A stretch of DNA of 64,000 nt, from positions 88,465 to 152,464 of IMG/VR virus record IMGVR_UViG_3300033049_000020. One strand, written 5' to 3'. Shown piece after piece: positions 36,772 to 46,654 of this stretch. The notes beneath the pieces are model-generated. The model saw nothing but the letters and a program-made list of their open reading frames with translations. It did no database searches and had not been told where the DNA came from. The stretch is from a virus. Each line of letters opens with the position of its first letter. Position 1 is the first letter of the stretch. Position numbers and translations under genes: made by a program.

Positions 36772-37301
36772 GAGGAATAACATACAATGATGGTGGAAAT
36801 CCGATTGATTACAAAGAGGTAACAATCAGCACCAGAGAAACTGGAGACCATAAGTGGAACTCTGGAGATTTCGTAAGAGATTGGTATTTCTCGACTAAGT
36901 TCATTCTAATGGGTGGGCTGAATGGAGAACACGGTTGCCATTCATCAAGTGTTGACCATTTTGTTATGGATGGTGCTCCGTATGATTCGCTTTATCTGGT
37001 TTTCGGTGAGGACGACAAACCTAGTTTAACTAATCAGTATGATTGGGATGGTGATAATATCGAACTTTTCGTACCAGAAGGAACCCAACCAACGTGGGAA
37101 GAATTAAGAGAGATGTGTGGTGACCCAGTATTAAAAGTTGGTGATATTGTTAGCTTCATGCCAGATTATGATGTAATCACTGGTATGGTTGACGAAATCA
37201 TTGATGAGGAGAAGGAAAGATTCGTGATGGTTAATTGTGTTGAGCCTGTGCAAGGTACCATAAGAATACCATTTTTGGACTTAATACGGCCAGAGAGGTA
37301 A
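36762..37301 (+). CDS. Hypothetical protein
   Basis: Packed ORF. Confidence 0.65.
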   Translation: MSVRGITYNDGGNPIDYKEVTISTRETGDHKWNSGDFVRDWYFSTKFILMGGLNGEHGCHSSSVDHFVMDGAPYDSLYLVFGEDDKPSLTNQYDWDGDNIELFVPEGTQPTWEELREMCGDPVLKVGDIVSFMPDYDVITGMVDEIIDEEKERFVMVNCVEPVQGTIRIPFLDLIRPER

Positions 37302-37594
37302 TGAAAAAACGAACTCCCTGTCAGCGATTTGATAAGGATGGCAATTTAGTACCTAAGAAGGCGTTTAATACGTTTGAGAATGCTTTAAGACGGGCTAGAG
37401 AGCTTAATTTAAGAAAAGGGGAGACCGATATGCTTACACCCTATAAGTGCCCTATATGTGCTTTATTTCACATGGGACATAATGGTGAAAAAATAACAGA
37501 TGCGTATCGCAAAGCAGTTATACCTAAGATGTTTGCCATTAAGGTTGTGGGGAAGATTGATTTAGAGGAGTTGAGTAAACGAATAAAGAAATAA
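37301..37594 (+). CDS. Zn-finger protein
   Basis: YKCPIC..FH.GH. Confidence 0.6.
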   Translation: MKKRTPCQRFDKDGNLVPKKAFNTFENALRRARELNLRKGETDMLTPYKCPICALFHMGHNGEKITDAYRKAVIPKMFAIKVVGKIDLEELSKRIKK

Positions 37595-37653
37595 TGAAAT
37601 ATAAACTAACATGTGGGTATCAATATACCAAAAGACTTTAAAATAGAAGGAAT

Positions 37654-37956
37654 ATGAGTACAATAAGAGAAGAAATATATTACGAACACTTTGGGGGTCA
37701 CCACGTATTAAGGTTTTCTGATTTACCAGAAGATATGTTACCAGACGACCAAATAGAGATGACACATGTTGAGGGATTCTATTCTGAGAATAATAGTTGG
37801 GATGCATATTCTGAGTTAAGGGTTTTCCATGTGAGAGAAACAACAGAAGAGGAAAAGGTTGAGTTGAAAGCACATTTCGCTAAACTAAAGGCTGAGAGTA
37901 AGGAAAAAAGACGACTTCAGTTTTTAAAATTACAAGAAGAATTTAAAGATGAGTGA
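37654..37956 (+). CDS. Hypothetical protein
   Basis: Packed ORF. Confidence 0.6.
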   Translation: MSTIREEIYYEHFGGHHVLRFSDLPEDMLPDDQIEMTHVEGFYSENNSWDAYSELRVFHVRETTEEEKVELKAHFAKLKAESKEKRRLQFLKLQEEFKDE

Positions 37957-38206
37957 ATTTATATTAAAGTTTAATGAGGCCAATAACTTCGACCCAGTTG
38001 GTGAGAAGTATGGAACTCTAGGAGATAGAGAGGACATAGCCAGAAACGTTGCGTGGATTATCAATTGTGCTGAATCGGCTATCGAAAAGGCTTATGGTGA
38101 TGGTGCTCCTAGAAGGGTGGAGATGTTCAAAATGTGTAATGAATTAAGAGGTCAATTGAGAAACCAATTATCTCAAGAGGAGATTGAAACGTTGAAATTA
38201 GGATAG
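37949..38206 (+). CDS. Hypothetical protein
   Basis: Packed ORF. Confidence 0.6.
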   Translation: MSEFILKFNEANNFDPVGEKYGTLGDREDIARNVAWIINCAESAIEKAYGDGAPRRVEMFKMCNELRGQLRNQLSQEEIETLKLG

Positions 38207-38233
38207 GTCAATTTAATTTTGTATATTTGTACT

Positions 38234-38674
38234 ATGGAAAAACAATTTGTACCATATGCCGAGGCTAAGGCTATGAAAGAGCTGGGATTTGATGAAACAT
38301 GTTTTGCATGTTTTTATGATGGAGTGTTAAGTTTGACAACTGACGAAGAATCTTTGGTTTATGAAATAGAAGATAATTTTTGGAGAAAGAATAGTGATAT
38401 GGATAATTCAGTCACTACACCACTATACCGACAAGCATTAGAATGGTTTAGAAAGGAACACGGATTATACTATTCAATTATACCTGAGTTCTATACTAAT
38501 GTAATACATTTTAATTGGCAATTACGTTGGTATTTACCTAAAGAAGAGTGGACTAAATATGTTATTAGTGGTGGTACATATTGGTATGGTGATGATGGTC
38601 AATATCCCACACAAGAAGAGGCAGAGTTAGCCACTTTAAGAAAAATGATTGAAAGAGTGAAACAACAAAGTTAA
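38234..38674 (+). CDS. Hypothetical protein
   Basis: FVPY..AK.MKELGFDE.C ... P...QALEWFR. Confidence 0.7.
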   Translation: MEKQFVPYAEAKAMKELGFDETCFACFYDGVLSLTTDEESLVYEIEDNFWRKNSDMDNSVTTPLYRQALEWFRKEHGLYYSIIPEFYTNVIHFNWQLRWYLPKEEWTKYVISGGTYWYGDDGQYPTQEEAELATLRKMIERVKQQS

Positions 38675-38741
38675 TATGGAAAATGGGTGAATTATATGGT
38701 GTTAGTTTGGAAACAATTAAGAATATAAAATATAAGAAGAC

Positions 38742-39863
38742 GTGGAAACATATAAAGATTTAAAAGGGAAAAGGGTCTTGTGTGCGATGTCGGGAGGATT
38801 AGATTCCACCATGACAGCGTTACTATTGCACGAGGCTGGATGTGACTGTATAGGTATCACGATGAAAACTTGGGACTATGCATCTTCTGGAGTTGCTGAC
38901 AGTAACTCCAAGACCACAGGTTGTTGCTCGTTGGATGACATCAACGATGCTAGACAACTATGTGTCGATTACGATATCCCTCATAACATCATTGATATAC
39001 GTGAAACTTTCACCGACTCAGTGGTTGATAACTTCATTGATGAATATATGGCTGGTAGGACACCCAATCCTTGTATAGTATGTAATACTCACATTAAGTG
39101 GGGTGCGCTATTAAATTATGCCGACCAATTAGGGTGCGACTATATTGCGACTGGCCATTATGCTCGTATCCGTTACGAAAATGACAGATACGTTATCTCA
39201 AGTGGTATTGATGTAACTAAAGACCAAAGCTATGTGCTATATGGGTTGAGCCAAGAGGTGTTAGCCCGTACTCTAGTTCCTATGGGTGAATACCTTAAAA
39301 GTGATATCAGGAACATGGCTAAAGAGCGTGGCTATGACGCAATTGCTACTAAATCGGAGAGTTACGAGATTTGTTTTGTACCTATTGGACACTTTAGTGA
39401 TTTCTTAAAATTTAAGAGACCAGAGTTATTGCACTTAGATGGTGGGGAAATCAGACTTAAAGATGAGACCGTAATAGGTACGCATCATGGGTATCCTTTC
39501 TACACCGTAGGACAAAGAAGAGGACTTGGGTTATCGACTGGCAATGCGGTATACGTTAATGACATAGACCCTAAGAATAATATTGTCTACGTTGGTGGTG
39601 AAGATGAGTTGAATAAGACTGTGGTATATGTCAAAGATTTTAACTACGTCAAATACCCGTCTATTGAGGATGGATTCGAATGTGTTGTTAAAATACGTTA
39701 TAAGGATAGAGGTTCCCATGCTAGGTTATACAATGCTGAAGATGGGTTAATTAGGGTAGAGTTCCTAAAAGAGGTGAAAGCCCCTACGTTAGGTCAGAGT
39801 GCAGTAGCCGTTGATTATGATGGTGACCTGATTGGTGGTGGTATAATGATTAAGCGTATGTAA
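38742..39863 (+). CDS. mnmA: tRNA-specific 2-thiouridylase MnmA
   Basis: AMSGGLDS, GRTPNPC..CN..IK, ATGHYA, KDQSY, GQRRGLG. Confidence 0.95.
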   Translation: METYKDLKGKRVLCAMSGGLDSTMTALLLHEAGCDCIGITMKTWDYASSGVADSNSKTTGCCSLDDINDARQLCVDYDIPHNIIDIRETFTDSVVDNFIDEYMAGRTPNPCIVCNTHIKWGALLNYADQLGCDYIATGHYARIRYENDRYVISSGIDVTKDQSYVLYGLSQEVLARTLVPMGEYLKSDIRNMAKERGYDAIATKSESYEICFVPIGHFSDFLKFKRPELLHLDGGEIRLKDETVIGTHHGYPFYTVGQRRGLGLSTGNAVYVNDIDPKNNIVYVGGEDELNKTVVYVKDFNYVKYPSIEDGFECVVKIRYKDRGSHARLYNAEDGLIRVEFLKEVKAPTLGQSAVAVDYDGDLIGGGIMIKRM

Positions 39864-40545
39864 ACGTAAATCCTAAATGGGTTTTACGTCTTCCACAAAC
39901 AACGTTTGATATGTACTTAACTTGGGTGTTTAACGCATTAGCGCAATGCGTTAAACTTTCCCATTTCTTGATGAATTCACCATCCTTAGTGAATTGCTTG
40001 ATTCTCTTATAGGTCTTGTGTTCTTCCTTAACTGTTTTACCGTAAAACGGGTTTTTGTTACCTAATTTAGATTTTCGTATGTTTTCTACGTGAGTTTCTG
40101 ATAATTTCTTACCTTTACGGGCTTTGCTTAATTTTAATTTAGTTTCTTCTGTAAGTGTTTTACCCTTTCTATGTGATGGTCTACCCTTTAATGATTCACT
40201 TATTTTACGTTTAGTTTCTTCACTTTGTTTAGACCCTAAACGACTTCCAGCTACAGGACAACAATTGTAGCCGAGTTTATATGTATCACCTTCATCAATG
40301 AAACTTTGTTCGATGGTTATAAGTTCTTCTATATCACATGTGGTAATAACCTCAAACTTGAAATTACTTTCACCATATTTATTCCACGCTCGTTGCAGTT
40401 TAATTGAGTGATGTTTATCACCCTTTAAGTCGTTTAGGTGTTCTCTCCACCTCACCCCAATATTAATAGCTGAACCGATGTAAACCTTACCGTTGGTAAT
40501 ATTCGTGATAGAGTAAATGCCAGATACGTTTAAATCCTCTTTCAT
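39850..40545 (-). CDS. GIY-YIG homing endonuclease with NUMOD3/NUMOD1 motifs
   Basis: SGIYSITN...VYIGSA...RW..H; SEETKRKIS repeats; start corrected to ATG 40545. Confidence 0.9.
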   Translation of the reverse strand: MKEDLNVSGIYSITNITNGKVYIGSAINIGVRWREHLNDLKGDKHHSIKLQRAWNKYGESNFKFEVITTCDIEELITIEQSFIDEGDTYKLGYNCCPVAGSRLGSKQSEETKRKISESLKGRPSHRKGKTLTEETKLKLSKARKGKKLSETHVENIRKSKLGNKNPFYGKTVKEEHKTYKRIKQFTKDGEFIKKWESLTHCANALNTQVKYISNVVCGRRKTHLGFTFTYA

Positions 40546-40697
40546 GGCTTTACTAATCCAAAATGTTGTTCCAACAACCAATTAATCAGTTGCGACTTAT
40601 TCGTACCAGTCTTGGCTAACGATTCGTAGTTCTCTGGTGAGATGGTAACACTTACCGTACTCTTTTTATCACTATCTTTTTTCTTTGGTCTTCCCAT
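40542..40697 (-). CDS. Small RHH/CopG-like protein (not in the ORF track)
   Basis: MGRPKKKDSDKKSTVSVTISPENYESLAKTGTNKSQLINWLLEQHFGLVKP; ATGA-coupled to the GIY-YIG gene. Confidence 0.65.
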   Translation of the reverse strand: MGRPKKKDSDKKSTVSVTISPENYESLAKTGTNKSQLINWLLEQHFGLVKP

Positions 40698-40758
40698 ATC
40701 TATTATTCCTTTAATATAAATATGAAGCTACTTAGTAAAAACACGATAAATATTATTT

Positions 40759-40887
40759 TTATTTATTCTTTTCGAAATATTCGGTCAGGAGTGAGTCAAT
40801 CAGTTTGGAGCGATTATAGTTACCGTCTTCAATCAGTTTGATTATCTCTGGAGATAACGTGACGCTGAGTTTAGTTTGTTTTTTCAT
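40759..40887 (-). CDS. Small RHH/CopG-like protein (not in the ORF track)
   Basis: MKKQTKLSVTLSPEIIKLIEDGNYNRSKLIDSLLTEYFEKNK. Confidence 0.6.
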   Translation of the reverse strand: MKKQTKLSVTLSPEIIKLIEDGNYNRSKLIDSLLTEYFEKNK

Positions 40888-40968
40888 ATTGGTAAATATA
40901 CACATAGTAGATGAGAAAATACATGGTAAAAACTTGTATTCTGGGAAACTTTTCCGTATCTTTGTAAC

Positions 40969-41316
40969 ATGAAGAAGTGTATCGTAACTAAACAGAACTT
41001 ATTACACACCGAAACGGTGGATAACACTAAAACTGAAATTCATATTTATGCAGATGAAGTTGAAATCATTAATCGTGATGAATTAACTATTACCATTACA
41101 GATGAAACTCTCCCATTGGCTAAACTCATAAATGATTCTTTTGAGGTTAACGATAAATTGATTCTACCGCCCAAAGAATTTGCATTCAAATTAAATGGTG
41201 AGGTGGTTGAAACCGTTGAAACGTTCCACGACTTGTCATTCCAAATATTAGAGATGGAGTTGAGTGGAGATACTGGTAAACTAATCTACCAATTTAAAAA
41301 TATGAGACCACTATAA
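40969..41316 (+). CDS. Hypothetical protein
   Basis: After promoter; TAATG-coupled to the helicase. Confidence 0.65.
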   Translation: MKKCIVTKQNLLHTETVDNTKTEIHIYADEVEIINRDELTITITDETLPLAKLINDSFEVNDKLILPPKEFAFKLNGEVVETVETFHDLSFQILEMELSGDTGKLIYQFKNMRPL

Positions 41317-44300
41317 TGACCGATAAAACCAAAGAGTTTATTCAGAAGTTAAAGGATTCGGGATACTGGAATGATGAATATGATTATTCCAAGGTTGAGT
41401 ATGTTAATAGTAAAACGAAAGTTATCATTATTGATAAGAAGTTTGGTACTGAGCATAAAATTAAACCCAATAATATATTAAGTCAGGGGTTCAAACCTTC
41501 TATTCGAAATGCCGTAGATAGAAACGAATATCTGGTAAATCAATTTAGGGAGGTTCACGGTGAGTGGTATGACTATTCTAAGGCGAATTACGTTGGAAAT
41601 GGTAAGGTAAAAACTACTATTATATGCCCAGAGCATGGTGAGTTTGAACAGTCAGTAGCTAAACATATCTTTGGTCAGGGTTGCACTAAGTGTGGTGGTA
41701 ACGAAAAGGATATAACAACGGAAAGATTTCTTCAGAAGTTAAAGGATTCGGGATACTGGAATGATGAATATGATTATTCTAAAGTAAATTATGTTAATGG
41801 TAATACCAAAGTAATTGTAATCGATATTAAGTTGGATACTGAACATCTGATTACCCCAACTAAACTATTAGTAAATAACAAATGTACCATTCAGAATGCT
41901 GTTGACCAAAATGAATATCTGATAAAACGATTCGAAGAGGTTCATGGTGGTAGGTATGACTATTCTAAGGTTGAGTATGTGAATTCGTACGATAATGTCA
42001 TTATCATTTGTCCAGAACATGGTGAGTTTGAGCAGACACCTACTAACCATAGGAGAGGCGCTGGCTGTCGTGAATGTGGGGGTAATAAACCACTTACGAC
42101 AGAAGGGGTGATTGAACAATTCAAAGAGGTTCATGGTGAGGGGTATGATTACTCTAAGGTTCGTTATAGTGGTATTGATAATAAAGTAATTATCATCTGC
42201 CCAGAGCATGGAGGATTTGAGCAGACACCTTATGACCATAGGAAAGGTGCTGGTTGCTCGATATGTAATCGTGGTTGGAATAGGGGACACTTGATTAGGT
42301 TCTTCTCGGATATGGAGAAGGGTAGAGATATTCTTCTTATGGATTCTATGGAGCTTATGAGACTTATCGAGCAAGGTAAACTACCTAGAGAGGTGCAAGA
42401 GCTTGTGTTTGAAATGGATGATACTGGTGATAACACATTGCGAGACCTTAAAGATAGGGTTCTGGGTGAAGATGGAACGGAAGAACCCACGACCCAAAGT
42501 GGTGAAACCGACACCACAACTGATACTGAAGAAGGGGTTGAAACCCCACAACGAACGCAGACTGAGGATGAAGAGGTTGGTGAGGAACCAGAACCCACAT
42601 TACCAACAATGGGTGGTATTGATGATTTGTTAGTCTTAGATAATGAGATGGTGGTAACATGTGACGATGAGACCGTTGAGTTCTTCATCTCACACCGACT
42701 GAATAAGTATTGGAACGGTGTCATCAATGGTGAGCGAGATGTGAATGAATTAATTGGTTCTGAAGGTGGTGTTAATTTCCAGACCACTAAACAGAGGTTC
42801 CTTGAAGAGTATCAAGAGGTAATGGATTACCAAGTTCCAGAAGGTTATAACTTCAGGGATAAGAATGGTAAGCTATTGCAACCATTCATGATGCAGAAAC
42901 TAACTGTTCTTAGGGTTAAGAATTATAGGAGATATGGTAATTGGTCTGGTACTGGCGCTGGCAAAACAAATGCGTTCATCATTACCTCTCGTGAGATTGA
43001 TAGTCGATTAACGTTGGTTGTTGGTCTGAACGCTACGATAAACCAATTGGGTGAGGATATTTTGAGTGTATTCCCAGATAGCGTTATCCACACTAGATAC
43101 AGTAAAGGTACTACATATGATAGAAGTAAGCATAATTACCTATTATTGAACTATGAGAAGTTCCAACAGGACTATTCCGAGGGGTTATTTCAAGACCTCA
43201 ATGATAATAATCAGATTGATTTCGTTGTAATTGATGAGGTACATAATGTTAAACAACGCACTACAGATGATGAAAGTATTAGACGTGGTACATTAATGCG
43301 TTTGGTTGGTAGAGCCGAGGAAACGAACCCTAACCTACACCTATTGGCTATGAGTGCAACACCTGTCATCAATAACTTAACCGAAGCCAAGTCATTATTA
43401 CATATGACCACTGGTGAAGAGTATAATGATATACACAATAGAAGTACTATTAGTAATGCCATAAGGGTGTTCTCACATTTAACACGTAATGGTATCAGGT
43501 ACAGACCCAACTACGACATTAAGGTTAATGAGTTGAGTGGAGAAAATACCCCACACCTTAGAATCGATGGTATGCACCTTATTGATAGATTGGTTACGTT
43601 GAGTAACACCGACTATGTTGGGGTGGAGAGGACATTACTTGATGATAAACTGAATGCAGTATTCAACGATATTGATAAGGGTACAATAATGTATAGTTAT
43701 TACACGGATGACGGTATCATTCCTAGATTGATAGCTGACCACATTAAGAGGTTAGGATTTAGTTATGGTCTCTACACTGGTGAGGTTGGTACTAGCGAAA
43801 GGGTAAGCACACTTAACGACTTCATTGATGGTAAAATAGATGTGCTAATAACGAGTGGACCTATATCAACTGGTGTTGATGGGTTACAGAAGGTTTCAAA
43901 TAAGATTATAATCACCACACTACCATGGACTGACGCAAATTACGTTCAGTTGAAGGGTAGACTACAAAGAACTGGCAGCATCTTTAAGGAGGTTGATATT
44001 ATTATACCTCAAATTCACATTGAGTATGATGGTGAGCCGTGGTCTTTAGATAGTCAGAGGTTAGCCATACTGCGAAATAAGAGAACCATTGCTGATGCGG
44101 CTGTTGATGGTGTATTACCATCCCAAAGTATGGTGACAATGAAGGGTTTACACACAGAAGCGTTTAAGTCGCTAGCAGTTATTAAAGAACGATTAGAATT
44201 AGATGGTGCCCGATTATCCCAACGTAATAAATTAACATTCCCTTTGAGACCAGAGGTTGTTGAAACCATGGGACGTAAGTTGGGTGACTTCTCTGAGATG

Positions 44301-44837
44301 AATAGGACTTGGAGTATATCTAAGTCCACCACAACACACGATAGGCTTAAGAAAGACCCTATGGAATGGTATTATTACCATACCTTATATGCTGAATCAC
44401 GTAAATCTTGGTTGGAGATACCGTTTGTTGAGATAGCTAAGAAGTTGAAAGGTAGACCTGATTGGATTGTGGGTGATTTTGGTTGCGGTGAGAACCTATT
44501 GGCTAAGGAAGTCGATAATAAGGTTCATGGATTTGACCATGTGGCTATCAATGACTCGGTAGTATCGTGTGACATAACCAACGTACCACTAGAGGATGGG
44601 GTATTAGACGTTGCGGTGTTCTCATTATCCTTGATGGGTACTAACTACAAGGGATACTTCCAAGAAGCGTATAGAACGCTTAAATCCTATGGTAATATAT
44701 TCGTATGTGAGCCAGCAGCCAAATGGGAAGGAAGAGAAGAACAACTTAAGGCTGAATTAGAAGTAGTCGGTTTCAAGTGTTTCGGAACCATAAGGAATAC
44801 TGACAAATTCATTTACGTTGATGGTGTTAAGTATTAG
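41316..44837 (+). CDS. Multidomain protein: Zn-repeat array + SF2 helicase + Rrp8-like SAM methyltransferase
   Basis: YDYSKV..CPEHG.FEQ..GC..C repeats; GTGAGKT, DEVH, SAT, GRLQR; VGDFGCGE, DVAVFSLSLMGTN. Confidence 0.85.
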   Translation: MTDKTKEFIQKLKDSGYWNDEYDYSKVEYVNSKTKVIIIDKKFGTEHKIKPNNILSQGFKPSIRNAVDRNEYLVNQFREVHGEWYDYSKANYVGNGKVKTTIICPEHGEFEQSVAKHIFGQGCTKCGGNEKDITTERFLQKLKDSGYWNDEYDYSKVNYVNGNTKVIVIDIKLDTEHLITPTKLLVNNKCTIQNAVDQNEYLIKRFEEVHGGRYDYSKVEYVNSYDNVIIICPEHGEFEQTPTNHRRGAGCRECGGNKPLTTEGVIEQFKEVHGEGYDYSKVRYSGIDNKVIIICPEHGGFEQTPYDHRKGAGCSICNRGWNRGHLIRFFSDMEKGRDILLMDSMELMRLIEQGKLPREVQELVFEMDDTGDNTLRDLKDRVLGEDGTEEPTTQSGETDTTTDTEEGVETPQRTQTEDEEVGEEPEPTLPTMGGIDDLLVLDNEMVVTCDDETVEFFISHRLNKYWNGVINGERDVNELIGSEGGVNFQTTKQRFLEEYQEVMDYQVPEGYNFRDKNGKLLQPFMMQKLTVLRVKNYRRYGNWSGTGAGKTNAFIITSREIDSRLTLVVGLNATINQLGEDILSVFPDSVIHTRYSKGTTYDRSKHNYLLLNYEKFQQDYSEGLFQDLNDNNQIDFVVIDEVHNVKQRTTDDESIRRGTLMRLVGRAEETNPNLHLLAMSATPVINNLTEAKSLLHMTTGEEYNDIHNRSTISNAIRVFSHLTRNGIRYRPNYDIKVNELSGENTPHLRIDGMHLIDRLVTLSNTDYVGVERTLLDDKLNAVFNDIDKGTIMYSYYTDDGIIPRLIADHIKRLGFSYGLYTGEVGTSERVSTLNDFIDGKIDVLITSGPISTGVDGLQKVSNKIIITTLPWTDANYVQLKGRLQRTGSIFKEVDIIIPQIHIEYDGEPWSLDSQRLAILRNKRTIADAAVDGVLPSQSMVTMKGLHTEAFKSLAVIKERLELDGARLSQRNKLTFPLRPEVVETMGRKLGDFSEMNRTWSISKSTTTHDRLKKDPMEWYYYHTLYAESRKSWLEIPFVEIAKKLKGRPDWIVGDFGCGENLLAKEVDNKVHGFDHVAINDSVVSCDITNVPLEDGVLDVAVFSLSLMGTNYKGYFQEAYRTLKSYGNIFVCEPAAKWEGREEQLKAELEVVGFKCFGTIRNTDKFIYVDGVKY

Positions 44838-45477
44838 AAGCTATGTACTTTGGGGACTTCCACAAGAAGTGATTGCTAGAACGCTATTCCCAATGGGTGA
44901 TTACTTGAAGGCTGATATTAGAAAGATGGCAGAAGATAGAGGATATAAGGCTATTGCTACTAAGTCAGAAAGTTATGAAGTTTGCTTCATTCCAGATAAT
45001 AATTATCGAGGATTCTTATCTCGAAAGAGAGAAATCAAAGGTGGTAACTTCTTGGACATGGATGGTAATGTAATGGGAACTCATGATGGGTATCCATTCT
45101 TCACCATTGGACAAAGAAGAGGATTGGGGATTGAAGGTGGCGCTGACCCGTATTTTGTTTGCGCCATTAATCCTAAGACTGGTGACGTGGTTTTAGGTAG
45201 AGAAAAGGACTTGATGCGTAAGAGTATGTTGGTGACTGATATCAACACTGTTAAGTACCCAATCGAAATGTTGGATGGTATGGAAGTACTTGCCAACGTG
45301 AGATATAGAGGCGCTAAAGTGACTGGTAAGTTGACCGATATGGGAGATGGTATATTCAGAGTAGACTTCAATCACCAAGTTAAGTCTATAACTGCTGGTC
45401 AATCCACTGTGTTCTACGATGTTAAGTATACTGACGATGTAATCGGTGGTGGACATATACATAGTGTATTAGAATAG
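44838..45477 (+). pseudogene. mnmA: Orphaned C-terminal half of mnmA (frame still open; in-frame ATG at 44821)
   Basis: SYVLWGL.QEV.ARTLFPMG...ESYEVCF...GQRRGLG...GQS...GGG; lacks the SGGxDS domain. Confidence 0.8.
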
Positions 45478-45515
45478 TATTTACATTAAGTGTCGTAAAG
45501 GTTATATTTACCTTT

Positions 45516-46169
45516 ATGACACTTAATGAATTCGCATCTGAGGCATACTGTCCTCACGATACATATGAACATTTTTTCGATTCTTTAGATTCTGGCCAAA
45601 ATACACATTTAGTTGGTTGCAGACAAAGCGGTAAATCTACCGCTTTGGCCGTTTATATGGCATATCACTTAATCACCAATACTCAAGAGAATGCTAAAAC
45701 AATTATGTTCAGCACGTTCAACTCTTCTGGTGGTAAAATACTATTAGATTTGGTTAGGACATTCGTTAAAGAGTATAATTTAAGGCATGGTGGAATGCCG
45801 TGGGATAAAGACGAAAAATTACGAGTAGTAATGGCTAATGGAAATAAAGTAGAGTATTTCGATAGCAAACGACTACAGGAATTTAGAGGTAAAAATAATG
45901 TAAGAGCGATATTATTAGACGAGTTCGGAACTATGTGGGATGCGCTTACCATATATGGCACTTTAAGATACAACGCTGAGATACTTGATGCCCAATTAGT
46001 TATCGTAGGTAAAAGACCTAAAGTGGTTCCAGACTCGACATTCAATTTTTATTCAATTCAATGGTTTGAATGTGGACTAACAAAAACGAATCTAAAGGGG
46101 GTGCCTATGATGTTTCCAGATACGGTTTTCCACTCAACATATGAAAGAATGACACCTTATTTGGGATAA
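45516..46169 (+). CDS. Terminase-like ATPase domain protein
   Basis: GCRQSGKST Walker A; FRG...ILLDEF; no nuclease domain. Confidence 0.55.
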   Translation: MTLNEFASEAYCPHDTYEHFFDSLDSGQNTHLVGCRQSGKSTALAVYMAYHLITNTQENAKTIMFSTFNSSGGKILLDLVRTFVKEYNLRHGGMPWDKDEKLRVVMANGNKVEYFDSKRLQEFRGKNNVRAILLDEFGTMWDALTIYGTLRYNAEILDAQLVIVGKRPKVVPDSTFNFYSIQWFECGLTKTNLKGVPMMFPDTVFHSTYERMTPYLG

Positions 46170-46207
46170 GGGTTGTTTTTATAAATAAAAAGTAGTATCT
46201 TTGCAGC

Positions 46208-46576
46208 ATGAAAAATATTGTAATAGTAGACATAGACACTGAAAGAACTGATGCCGTTATCGTAGGTAAGCCTGCCGATATTCCTGAACCAACTTCTCTT
46301 GAAGAAGCTAAGGTGATGGTAGATTTAGACATTAAGACGATTACGGAGGCTTTAGTAACCTTAGTAGCGGCATCACACATCAACAACTTCTCCGATAAGG
46401 ACGGGTTGATTAAGGGTATTAACAACAGACTATTGGAAGGTGTGAAACAATACACTGACATGGTTAATGCGGAACCAATTTCGCAAGTAGCCGATATAGT
46501 TGCTAACGAACCAGTAACGGAGGATGCGACAGACGAAGACGTAACCGATATAACGAACGAAGAGGCAAAAGACTAA
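46208..46576 (+). CDS. Hypothetical acidic protein
   Basis: ORF after promoter. Confidence 0.65.
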   Translation: MKNIVIVDIDTERTDAVIVGKPADIPEPTSLEEAKVMVDLDIKTITEALVTLVAASHINNFSDKDGLIKGINNRLLEGVKQYTDMVNAEPISQVADIVANEPVTEDATDEDVTDITNEEAKD

Positions 46577-46654
46577 TGAAATTAGTAATCAATATCTTTT
46601 ATTGAACATCTATTTCATTTTTACTGCATTAAGTATGTTTTAAGATGAGAAATA

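Larger units (their letters stand above)
39227..44837. mobile_element. 5.6-kb cassette inserted in mnmA carrying a replacement mnmA 3' half
   Basis: AAGCTATGT at 39227 and 44838 mark homologous points; mnmA 3' half is duplicated. Confidence 0.7.

Noticed and set aside
41868-44332. Minus-strand ORFs inside long + strand genes (here and throughout the window)
   Set aside because: Antisense shadows of well-supported genes, with no motifs.
45516-46169. Packaging terminase large subunit
   Set aside because: Only 217 aa with ATPase motifs, no nuclease domain and no structural gene context; kept as terminase-like ATPase only.
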